Shown here piece by piece: positions 25,815-33,051 of a stretch of 33,051 nucleotides of DNA. The position numbers and the translations under genes are program-made. How positions within the stretch are numbered: the first letter of the stretch is position 1; each line of letters starts with the position of its first letter. Source of the DNA: a virus (lineage: Duplodnaviria; Caudoviricetes); the IMG/VR virus record IMGVR_UViG_3300002091_000070, positions 1 through 33,051 of that record; one strand, given 5' to 3'. A model generated the notes under the pieces. The model was not told where the DNA came from, ran no database searches, and saw nothing but the letters and a program-made list of their open reading frames with translations.

Positions 25815-26659
25815 TGGCAAGAACGATTGAACAAATCCAAGCGAGTATAATCGCAAACATACAAAATACTCCCGAATTAGTAGAAGCTAATAGCACTAGT
25901 ACTCGTGCGATTTGGCGTTTATTTTCTTATGTTGTAGCTGTAAGTATTTTACTTTTAGAGCAAATCATTGACGTATTTAAAACTGAAAACGAAATTGCTT
26001 TAAGTAAAGCAATTCCAAATACTGCAAGTTGGTTAACTAAAAAAATATTTGAATTTCAATATTCAGCTATTAACCCACAAATAATACAATTAAATAATTT
26101 AATACCGTCTTACAATGTTGTTGATACTTCTTTAAGAATTATTACCCGTTGCTCTGTAGTAACAACAATATCAAATAAAGTAACAATTAAAGTAGCAAAG
26201 AATGAGCCTCCAGTTGCTTTAGCTACAGCGGAACTAGGAGCGTTACAGGGATATATTAACGCTTTAGGAGTTGCTGGCATTCAATACAATTGCATTTCAC
26301 AAGACGCTGACAGGATTTATATTAATGCCGATATTTTTTATGATGGTCAATATAGTTCAACTATTCAAGGTACTGTTATAAACGCTATTAAATTATTTTT
26401 GGCAAACTTATCTTTTAACGGTCAATTGAAAATATCAGATTTAGAATTAGCAATTAGAAATATAACGGGGGTTAATGATGTTTTGATTAAGGACGTTAAA
26501 GTAAGAGATAGTTTCACAACTTTTGCAAATGGCACTTATCTTATACAAAACAAAACAACTATAAGTAGATTGTTCCCAACTATCGCAGGATATATTATCG
26601 AGGAAGATACAACAGGTCAAACATTTACAAACTCTTTAAACTTTGTTTCAAATGTATAG
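25814..26659 (+). CDS. Baseplate J-like wedge protein
   Basis: MARTIEQI...S..AIWRL; L.FNG.L..SDL..AI..I.GV.DV. Confidence 0.7.
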   Translation: MARTIEQIQASIIANIQNTPELVEANSTSTRAIWRLFSYVVAVSILLLEQIIDVFKTENEIALSKAIPNTASWLTKKIFEFQYSAINPQIIQLNNLIPSYNVVDTSLRIITRCSVVTTISNKVTIKVAKNEPPVALATAELGALQGYINALGVAGIQYNCISQDADRIYINADIFYDGQYSSTIQGTVINAIKLFLANLSFNGQLKISDLELAIRNITGVNDVLIKDVKVRDSFTTFANGTYLIQNKTTISRLFPTIAGYIIEEDTTGQTFTNSLNFVSNV

Positions 26660-27311
26660 TATCGACTATAATCAAAAAGTGGTAGAAACGCTTGTTCCTG
26701 ATAAAAGACAGCCTAAAACAACGGCTTACCTTCAGCAATTAGCAAGAGAGGTAAGCGTAAATCATAACCAACTTTTTAATATTTATAAACGCTATCAATT
26801 AGCGGTAGTTTGGACTGCTGGTTCTTATTCAAGAAATAGCAAAGTGCGTTATGGTAAAGCAATTTATGTAGCAGTAGAGCCTACAAGTGATGAGCCTAGT
26901 TATAGCAATACTTGGGCAATGGTATCGCCTAATTTTATGGGTAATGATTTTAGGCAAGCGATAAGAGGAGAAAAATTAGTTTTGGAATACGCTTTAAATA
27001 CTTGGTTTGGAACTAACTTTAGACAATTACCTGCTATAAGTGATATTTATTTAACCACAAACACAATAATAGATAGCGTGTTTAGAGTTGGAAAAGTAGA
27101 GTTTGAAAGTTCAAACGTAGGAACAGACACGTCTAGCGAATTTGTTATAAATAACTATTCATTTGCAGATCAATACAATTTAACTATTAATTTACCAATT
27201 GCAACATTTAACTCTTTAGGAACTACTGACTCAATAAAAACTTCTATTGTTAGAAGTTTTGCAGATTTATACATCAGCGCAGGAATAACTTATAAAATAA
27301 TTACATACTAA
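26652..27311 (+). CDS. Baseplate wedge protein (tail I / gp48-like)
   Basis: LVP..RQP; LEYALN..F; C-terminal Y.SAGITYKII; follows J-like gene. Confidence 0.6.
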   Translation: MYSIDYNQKVVETLVPDKRQPKTTAYLQQLAREVSVNHNQLFNIYKRYQLAVVWTAGSYSRNSKVRYGKAIYVAVEPTSDEPSYSNTWAMVSPNFMGNDFRQAIRGEKLVLEYALNTWFGTNFRQLPAISDIYLTTNTIIDSVFRVGKVEFESSNVGTDTSSEFVINNYSFADQYNLTINLPIATFNSLGTTDSIKTSIVRSFADLYISAGITYKIITY

Positions 27312-28142
27312 ATGAAAAGATTAGACACAAGCGCAATAACAAGCGCAACGGCAATGCCTATAAAATCGGGAACGCTTGAATTTTTACAAGATGCTAATAA
27401 AGAAACGATAGCAAATGTAATAAAATCATTATTAGGATTTGTTCCTGATACAAATACTATTTATATTTTAAGCGGTTGTGTTAATTCAAACACAGCTCCT
27501 ACTTATAATGTAAGCGCAGGAGTTGTTTATTATAACGGAGAGATTTACGAAGTAGCCGCATTTAATTTCACTACTACAGGAACACAACAAGCTTATCCTA
27601 GTTTAGTGGTTACCCAATTTACAACTGATGCAGATCCTGTTCAGTTTACGGATGGAACGCCTAGAAACGTTCATAATATTAGGACTTTTGTTGTAAACGC
27701 TACCGATACTGCTACAGGAATACCTAGTTTTGGTAATTGGTTAAAATCAGGCCCTTGGATTTATGGAGATACAAAAGAAGTAGTTTGCGATAACACATAT
27801 ATGGGTATTCATTTTGATAGTACTGGACTAGGTAGGTTAGAGAGAAAAGGTTGGGCAATTATGAACGGCGCAAACGGTACACCAAATGATAACGGAAAAG
27901 TTGTTATTGCTTATGGAACTGATTATACAACTTTAGGAGCTACAGGCGGAAGCCGTGACGCGGTTGTTGTGGCTCACTCTCACCAAATAAAAGCAAGGAC
28001 AGGCGGATCTTCTACAGGAGACGGCGGGGCTGATTTCCCTGCGGGAGCGGACTCGTTTGTATCTACAGAAACTACAGGCGTGAGCGGTACAGGTAAAAAT
28101 ATGCAACCTTACATAGTTCGTTTAAGAATAATGAAAATATAA
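27312..28142 (+). CDS. Baseplate-attached short fibre (collar-like domain, HxH tip)
   Basis: ILSGC..GVVYYNGE; GWAIMNGANGTPN..G; GATGG....VAHSH...NMQPYIV. Confidence 0.7.
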   Translation: MKRLDTSAITSATAMPIKSGTLEFLQDANKETIANVIKSLLGFVPDTNTIYILSGCVNSNTAPTYNVSAGVVYYNGEIYEVAAFNFTTTGTQQAYPSLVVTQFTTDADPVQFTDGTPRNVHNIRTFVVNATDTATGIPSFGNWLKSGPWIYGDTKEVVCDNTYMGIHFDSTGLGRLERKGWAIMNGANGTPNDNGKVVIAYGTDYTTLGATGGSRDAVVVAHSHQIKARTGGSSTGDGGADFPAGADSFVSTETTGVSGTGKNMQPYIVRLRIMKI

Positions 28143-28144
28143 TT

Positions 28145-28303
28145 ATGAAAAACCAAACCTTGCAACGTAGAGTAACGGCTTATCCTTTGCCAAATACTCA
28201 CAGAAAATTAATGGCGATAGCAGAGCGACAAGGTCGAAGTGTTAGCGGTATAATATCGGAAGCGTTGCAAGAGTATGTAAATAAAGAAAAGCCACTTAAA
28301 TAG
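28145..28303 (+). CDS. Ribbon-helix-helix DNA-binding protein (52 aa; not in ORF track)
   Basis: RRVTAY...HRKLMAIAERQGRSVSGIISEALQEY fits Arc/CopG pattern. Confidence 0.7.
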   Translation: MKNQTLQRRVTAYPLPNTHRKLMAIAERQGRSVSGIISEALQEYVNKEKPLK

Positions 28304-28312
28304 TGGCTTTTT
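28287..28312 (+). terminator. Intrinsic terminator
   Basis: AAAAGCCACT-TAAAT-AGTGGCTTTT plus T-rich tail. Confidence 0.8.
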
Positions 28313-28372
28313 GTTTTGCTTCCATATCGCAAATATAATAAATAAAAATACATAACGTACTTTTTACCTATT

Positions 28373-28394
28373 ATTTAGAATTATTATAAATTTG
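28373..28394 (+). promoter_or_regulatory. Fur-box-like palindrome overlapping the -7 promoter element of the capsid operon
   Basis: ATTTAGAAT-T-ATTATAAAT (28373-28391) overlapping TAAATTTG (28387-28394); ATG at 28399. Confidence 0.6.
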
Positions 28395-28398
28395 TTGT

Positions 28399-29460
28399 AT
28401 GATATATTGCATAGACGAAACATTGGACGAACCAATAATGCTTATTAACTCACACATCGGTTTTGATGAGGAAGATGGTATGGGTATTGATGGAAATATA
28501 TTTCAAAAAGAATTGCTTTATTTAGATACTCTAGGTAAAAAAAGAATTCAAGTTTGGATAAACTCTATTGGTGGCGTTGTTATTGACGGCTATTCAATAG
28601 GTTCTACAATATTGAAAACTAAAACACCCGTAGATACTTATAACGTAGGTATTGCTGCAAGTATCGCAGGAGCGATTTTTATGTGTGGACGAAATAGAGT
28701 AATGATGGACTTTGCACAATTTATGATGCATCCAGTAAGTGGCGCAAACGATAAAAAAAGCGACAAATCATTTATGGATAGCATTTCTACTTTATTAAGT
28801 GCTAAATCCAATTTGACTCAAGAAGAAGTATCTGCGCTTATGACAGAAACAACTTGGTTAAACGCAGAGCAATGTTTAGAAAAAGGAATATGCACCGAAA
28901 TTGAAAAAACGGCAAACGTAAACAAAAAAAGGCTTTCAACAGCCAATATCGATAACTTTCTTCGGGAAGCTAATTTAATCACTAATAAATTTTTAAACAC
29001 AAAAAACAAAAAGAGTATGTTAAAAGTAACAAACAAACTTGGATTGAATGACGATGCAAACGAAGAAAGCATTTTAAAAGCAATTCAAGAAATCGAAAAC
29101 AAAGCAATGACTGCTAAAGAAAAAATGAAAGCAGAAATGGACGCTTTAAAAGAAAAAATGGAAGCAGACAACAAAGCTTTTGACGAATTGAAAGCTAAAT
29201 TTGAAGCAACTAAAGAGGACAATTGCAAAAACATGGTAACAGGTTTTGCAACACTTGGTAAAATTGCTAACGATGAAGCAATTATCAATAAATGGACTGC
29301 ATTAGCATCTAACGACTTTGATGGAACAAAAGAACTTTTAGAAAGTTTACCAGTTAACAAAGTAGCTAACAAAATCGAAACAGGTGCAGGAAACGTAAGA
29401 GAGCCGCAAGTTGGGGACTACATGAGCGACTTATTAAAAGGAATTAACAACAAAAAATAA
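28399..29460 (+). CDS. ClpP-like prohead protease with C-terminal scaffold
   Basis: INSIGG, GIAASIAG (catalytic Ser), FMMHP, ETTWLNAEQC; coiled-coil C-terminus. Confidence 0.85.
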   Translation: MIYCIDETLDEPIMLINSHIGFDEEDGMGIDGNIFQKELLYLDTLGKKRIQVWINSIGGVVIDGYSIGSTILKTKTPVDTYNVGIAASIAGAIFMCGRNRVMMDFAQFMMHPVSGANDKKSDKSFMDSISTLLSAKSNLTQEEVSALMTETTWLNAEQCLEKGICTEIEKTANVNKKRLSTANIDNFLREANLITNKFLNTKNKKSMLKVTNKLGLNDDANEESILKAIQEIENKAMTAKEKMKAEMDALKEKMEADNKAFDELKAKFEATKEDNCKNMVTGFATLGKIANDEAIINKWTALASNDFDGTKELLESLPVNKVANKIETGAGNVREPQVGDYMSDLLKGINNKK

Positions 29461-29470
29461 ATAAAAAACT

Positions 29471-30487
29471 ATGTCTTTAGTATTATCAACAGCGAATTAT
29501 ACGCAATTTGAAAAGGACTTCTTCATTACAGAAGCAGTCATTGGGTTAGACACAATCAACAACGGTTTAATGTATGTTGCTACAGGTGTAAAAAATGACC
29601 AATATGTATTCCCTAAACTTTCAGCTTCTCCAGAGTTAGTGCCGTTTACTTCTACTCCTTCAGGAAATGGAACAACTACACTTTCAAATAGAAGTGTAAC
29701 TTTAGGTAAATTCCAAGCATATGAGGAATTTGAGCCTTCATTATTTGAAAACCACTGGCACAAAGACCAATTAGCGGATCGTTTATTGGCTAGAACTTTG
29801 CCTGTAACTTTCCAAAACTATTTAACTACTTACTACACACAAAGAGCATTTGTTCCTGTTGAGTTAGGTATTTGGATGGGTTCAACTTCTTACGTAACTA
29901 CCTCAGGTGGTTCAGGAGAAGCAGGTGTTGGAGCAAACAGACAAATCAAGTATTACGATGGTATCATCAAAACTGCTTTAAACGCTACTACTCCAGCCTT
30001 GCAAGTTGCATCTCCTGGGACTATTACTTCTGCAAACATCATTTCTAAAATGGAAGCTGCAAAAGCAAAATTAGCTACTACTACATCAGGTATTGCAATC
30101 CTTGGTAAAGCAGACCGTTACAAAAGATTAAAATATGTAATGGGTGTTTTAGATTATCAAAAATTTGAGGACGCTTTAACTACTACTACATACAAAAATA
30201 ATGACACTACCGAAAAAGGTATCAATCGTTACAAAGGTTATGAAATCGTAGTTGTTGCAGGTTGTCCAGAAAATACTTTCATTTTCGCAGAATGTACAAC
30301 AGATTTAACATCTAACTTACAACTTTGTGTGACTGATATGGATAACCTATCTTTTGAAATCAATAGACTTCAAAATAATAGTACTTTGTATTTCTACAAA
30401 GCTATCATGAAAATGGGTGTAGGTATTGCTAAACCACAAGAGTTAGTAATTCATACAACTTATGTTTTAGCTGACTTTACAGCATAA
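29471..30487 (+). CDS. Major capsid protein
   Basis: 338 aa, directly after protease/scaffold, followed by a terminator; YDG..K motif. Confidence 0.75.
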   Translation: MSLVLSTANYTQFEKDFFITEAVIGLDTINNGLMYVATGVKNDQYVFPKLSASPELVPFTSTPSGNGTTTLSNRSVTLGKFQAYEEFEPSLFENHWHKDQLADRLLARTLPVTFQNYLTTYYTQRAFVPVELGIWMGSTSYVTTSGGSGEAGVGANRQIKYYDGIIKTALNATTPALQVASPGTITSANIISKMEAAKAKLATTTSGIAILGKADRYKRLKYVMGVLDYQKFEDALTTTTYKNNDTTEKGINRYKGYEIVVVAGCPENTFIFAECTTDLTSNLQLCVTDMDNLSFEINRLQNNSTLYFYKAIMKMGVGIAKPQELVIHTTYVLADFTA

Positions 30488-30496
30488 TAATTAATC

Positions 30497-30523
30497 AAAC
30501 CCCGATTAATTTCGGGGTTTTTT
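30497..30523 (+). terminator. Intrinsic terminator after capsid gene
   Basis: AAACCCCGA/TCGGGGTTT then T-run. Confidence 0.85.
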
Positions 30524-30537
30524 AAAACTCTTATTTT

Positions 30538-30696
30538 ATGTACAAAGAAGAATTAAAAGAGTTGCTTTTATCTAATACCAATATTTTATCAGTTTGGATT
30601 GATGAAAATAAAGATTGGCACACTTCCGATATTGATGGAGGTAAAGAAGTAACAAGGGAAGAAATTTTAAAATCAAAAAAAGCTAAAAATGAATAA
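30538..30696 (+). CDS. Small protein (52 aa; not in ORF track)
   Basis: MYKEELKELLLSNTNILSVWIDENKDWHTSDIDGGKEVTREEILKSKKAKNE; overlaps sheath start. Confidence 0.6.
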   Translation: MYKEELKELLLSNTNILSVWIDENKDWHTSDIDGGKEVTREEILKSKKAKNE

Positions 30697-32197
30697 TATA
30701 ACCTTTGTAAAAGGTCAAGGAGGATTAGGGCGACCTTTAGCGGGTAACGACTATATTTCTGGGCTTTTATTTTATACGGCAACTTTGCCGAGTGGTTTCT
30801 CATCTACAAATAGAATTAAACAATTTTTTTCTATTTCGGACGCAGTAACAGCAGGGATAAAAAATGACTACAGCGATGAAACACAAGCCGTAGGAGTTTA
30901 CACATTAACCGTAGCAGGCGCAACAGGAGATAGCATTACGCTAAACTTTGCAGAACCTACTAAAACGGTAACGTTAGGGAGTTACGTTAAGCTTTCAACA
31001 GACACAACGGTTACATTAGTTGCTAAAGGTATAGTAAACGCTATTAATGCACTTACTTATTCTCACGGATATGTTGCTACAAGTACAGCAGGCGCAATTT
31101 CAATCACGGCTCGTAAAGGTTTAGGTATATTCCCAAATAGTGGAACGCCTTTAACTGCTACAATAGTAGGTACAATTGCAGGAAGCGTTACTACTGAATT
31201 TGCAGGTGGTGTAGCTTCTAAATTAGCGGTATGGTATTACCATATTTCAGAATTTTTTAGAATACAACCAAAGGGTAATTTATTCGTTGGAATGTATGAT
31301 GTTCCAAGTACTTACGATTTTGCGGAAGTTCAAACAATGCAAACATCTACTTTAGTAAATGGAGCGATTAGACAAGTAGGTGTTTATGTAGATGCTACAA
31401 ACTACACTGCTTCATTAACAACAGCTTTACAGGTTCAAGCTACCGCATTAGATGTATTAAAAATGCCTTTATCTATTGCTTTAGGTACTAACATTTTAGC
31501 CGCTACCGATATAACTTCATTAACCGATTTATCTACTTTTACTAACAACAAAGTGAGCGTTGTTATATCTCAAGATAACGGAGGACAAGGTTTATCATTA
31601 TGGTACGCTACAGGAAAAAGCATTACGACTTTAGGCGCGACACTTGGAGCTGTTGCATTGGCTTCTGTTCACGAGGATATTGCTTGGGTTGGAAAATTCA
31701 ATTTATCAAATGGCGTTGAATTAGAAAGCGTTGGATTTTGTAACGGAACAAGCGGTCAAAGTTCAAGCGCATTAGATGCTATTGATTTGAAACGTTATAT
31801 TTTCTTACGTAAATTCCCGAACCTTGCAGGATCATTTTTCAATGACTCACATACTGCAATTTCTAAAAGTTCAGATTATGCTTATATTGAAAATAACAGA
31901 ACAATAGACAAAGCAATTAGAGGAATAGATACGGCTTTATTGCCATCGTTAAATTCTCCTTTATTGTTAAACGCAAACGGAACGTTAGCAAATAGTACAA
32001 TCGCTTTTCTTACAAGTCAAGCAACGGTTATTACTAACGATATGGTAAGAAACGGAGAAGCTTCTGCAATTGGTGTTTTAATCAATCCAGCGCAAAACGT
32101 AGCTTCTACTAGCAAAGTGATTGTTACGGTTAACATCGTTCCTGTTGGAGTTGCAAGAAATATACAAATTAACATCGGATTTAAAACCTCATTATAA
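30689..32197 (+). CDS. Contractile tail sheath (DUF2586-like)
   Basis: GQGGLGR...DYISGL; YIFLR; DYAYIENNRTIDKAIR; VPVGVARNI. Confidence 0.85.
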   Translation: MNNITFVKGQGGLGRPLAGNDYISGLLFYTATLPSGFSSTNRIKQFFSISDAVTAGIKNDYSDETQAVGVYTLTVAGATGDSITLNFAEPTKTVTLGSYVKLSTDTTVTLVAKGIVNAINALTYSHGYVATSTAGAISITARKGLGIFPNSGTPLTATIVGTIAGSVTTEFAGGVASKLAVWYYHISEFFRIQPKGNLFVGMYDVPSTYDFAEVQTMQTSTLVNGAIRQVGVYVDATNYTASLTTALQVQATALDVLKMPLSIALGTNILAATDITSLTDLSTFTNNKVSVVISQDNGGQGLSLWYATGKSITTLGATLGAVALASVHEDIAWVGKFNLSNGVELESVGFCNGTSGQSSSALDAIDLKRYIFLRKFPNLAGSFFNDSHTAISKSSDYAYIENNRTIDKAIRGIDTALLPSLNSPLLLNANGTLANSTIAFLTSQATVITNDMVRNGEASAIGVLINPAQNVASTSKVIVTVNIVPVGVARNIQINIGFKTSL

Positions 32198-32199
32198 TT

Positions 32200-32619
32200 A
32201 TGGCAACACCTTTAATCAATGGAGTTAATTACAGTTGGGCTAACGTTAAACTTATTTTGTTTGGCGTTCCAGTTGTAGGGATAACTAAAATTTCGTACAA
32301 AACGAAACAGAAAAAAGAAAACCAATACGGAGCAGGTTATGAGCCTGTAAGTAGAGGTTATGGAAATAAAGAATACGAGGGAAGTATTGAAATCTATACC
32401 GACGAATTGAAAAATATTATAGCATCGGCACCAAATAGAGATTTAATGGCTATACCTCCATTTAATATTCAAGTGGTATTTGAAGATGCTACAGGTGGCT
32501 TTTTAACACAGGATGATTTACTTTTTTGTGAATTTACTGAAGAAGGTTTAGAAGCATCGCAATCAGATACAAAATTATTAGTATCTTTACCGCTAGTAAT
32601 CGGTAAAATAACTAGATAA
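32200..32619 (+). CDS. Tail tube protein
   Basis: INGVNYSWA; YGAG.EPVSRGYGN...EGSI; after sheath. Confidence 0.85.
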   Translation: MATPLINGVNYSWANVKLILFGVPVVGITKISYKTKQKKENQYGAGYEPVSRGYGNKEYEGSIEIYTDELKNIIASAPNRDLMAIPPFNIQVVFEDATGGFLTQDDLLFCEFTEEGLEASQSDTKLLVSLPLVIGKITR

Positions 32620-32621
32620 TT

Positions 32622-32939
32622 ATGGAAAAAGTAGAAGCAAAAGCGCAAGAATTAAGCCTTAAATTGAATTGTACGGTATTACCTATCGTGTTTCACGATG
32701 AAGATACAAACGAGGATATTGTAGGATTTATTAAAGAACCTTCAAGAGTTGTAAAGTTAAGAGTTATGGATAAAGCGATGACCGCTCCTGTAACTGCTGC
32801 CGCTGAATTGTTTGAAAGTGTTTTCCTTGCGGAAGAAAGCGACAAAAGACTTATGTCAGATGACAAATACTATTTAGGCGCTACAATGGAAGCATTTAAA
32901 ACAGTAGAAATGGCTGTAAATACGTTTAAAAAAAAATAG
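32622..32939 (+). CDS. Tail assembly chaperone (gpG-like)
   Basis: After tube; ends TTT AAA AAA AAA TAG. Confidence 0.75.
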   Translation: MEKVEAKAQELSLKLNCTVLPIVFHDEDTNEDIVGFIKEPSRVVKLRVMDKAMTAPVTAAAELFESVFLAEESDKRLMSDDKYYLGATMEAFKTVEMAVNTFKKK

Positions 32940-33051
32940 ACGACTACACCATTAGTGAACAAAGTAGCGAAGAAACGAGAATGATTGCGTTACTTCGCTA
33001 CTTTTCTCATTTTAGCGTTGATGTCGATAATTTAAGCGATGACGAATTTGC
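32930..33051 (+). other. -1 programmed frameshift (A AAA AAA) and gpGT-like extension, open to window end
   Basis: -1 frame reads KKIDDYTISEQSSEETRMIALLRYFSHFSVDVDNLSDDEF with no stop. Confidence 0.7.

Noticed and set aside
2401-29763. Other minus-strand ORFs in the track (e.g. 2401, 5473, 11926, 13614, 14131, 18661, 19313, 20195, 28818, 29085, 29497)
   Set aside because: Short, antisense to well-supported + strand genes, and without recognisable motifs.
10474-30803. Alternative-frame + strand ORFs 10474..10683 and 24953..25174, and minus ORF 30531..30803
   Set aside because: Overlap better-supported genes in other frames.

Overview
AT-rich (~30% GC by eye) tailed phage of a Bacteroidota host, most likely Flavobacteriaceae. 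The host call rests on TAnnTTTG promoters, A-rich translation starts without Shine-Dalgarno sequences, and BT4734-, DUF5675- and DUF2586-like genes. All credible genes are on the + strand. Order: baseplate hub/spike/wedge and fibres (1-5.7 kb); lysis (5.7-6.6 kb); phosphoesterase and a tRNA-like element (6.6-8.1 kb); small early genes with a very long pentapeptide-repeat gene and two apparently broken genes (8.2-12.3 kb); replication (SSB-like, primase-helicase, NUMOD4-HNH, SF2 helicase, VRR-NUC; 12.3-17.9 kb); a ParB-methyltransferase split by an in-frame TAA; terminase; Mu-like head and neck genes with a ferritin among them; baseplate J and fibre; an RHH gene; Clp-like protease, capsid, sheath, tube and a -1 frameshifting tail chaperone. 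It looks like most of a circularly permuted contractile-tailed genome, lacking the tape measure gene. No integrase, transposase, repressor or DNA polymerase was recognised. Most notable signals: (1) a recurring 5' leader RNA with different sequences but the same kissing-loop/pseudoknot fold behind three promoters; (2) Fur-box-like palindromes at the capsid and early promoters together with a head-module ferritin and HxH metal-binding tips, suggesting an iron-linked programme; (3) an HNH cassette that carries a replacement N-terminus for the helicase it interrupted; (4) a pseudoknot before the SSB-like gene; (5) a remodelled tRNA-like RNA. Protein calls come from motif recognition by eye and gene context, not database searches.
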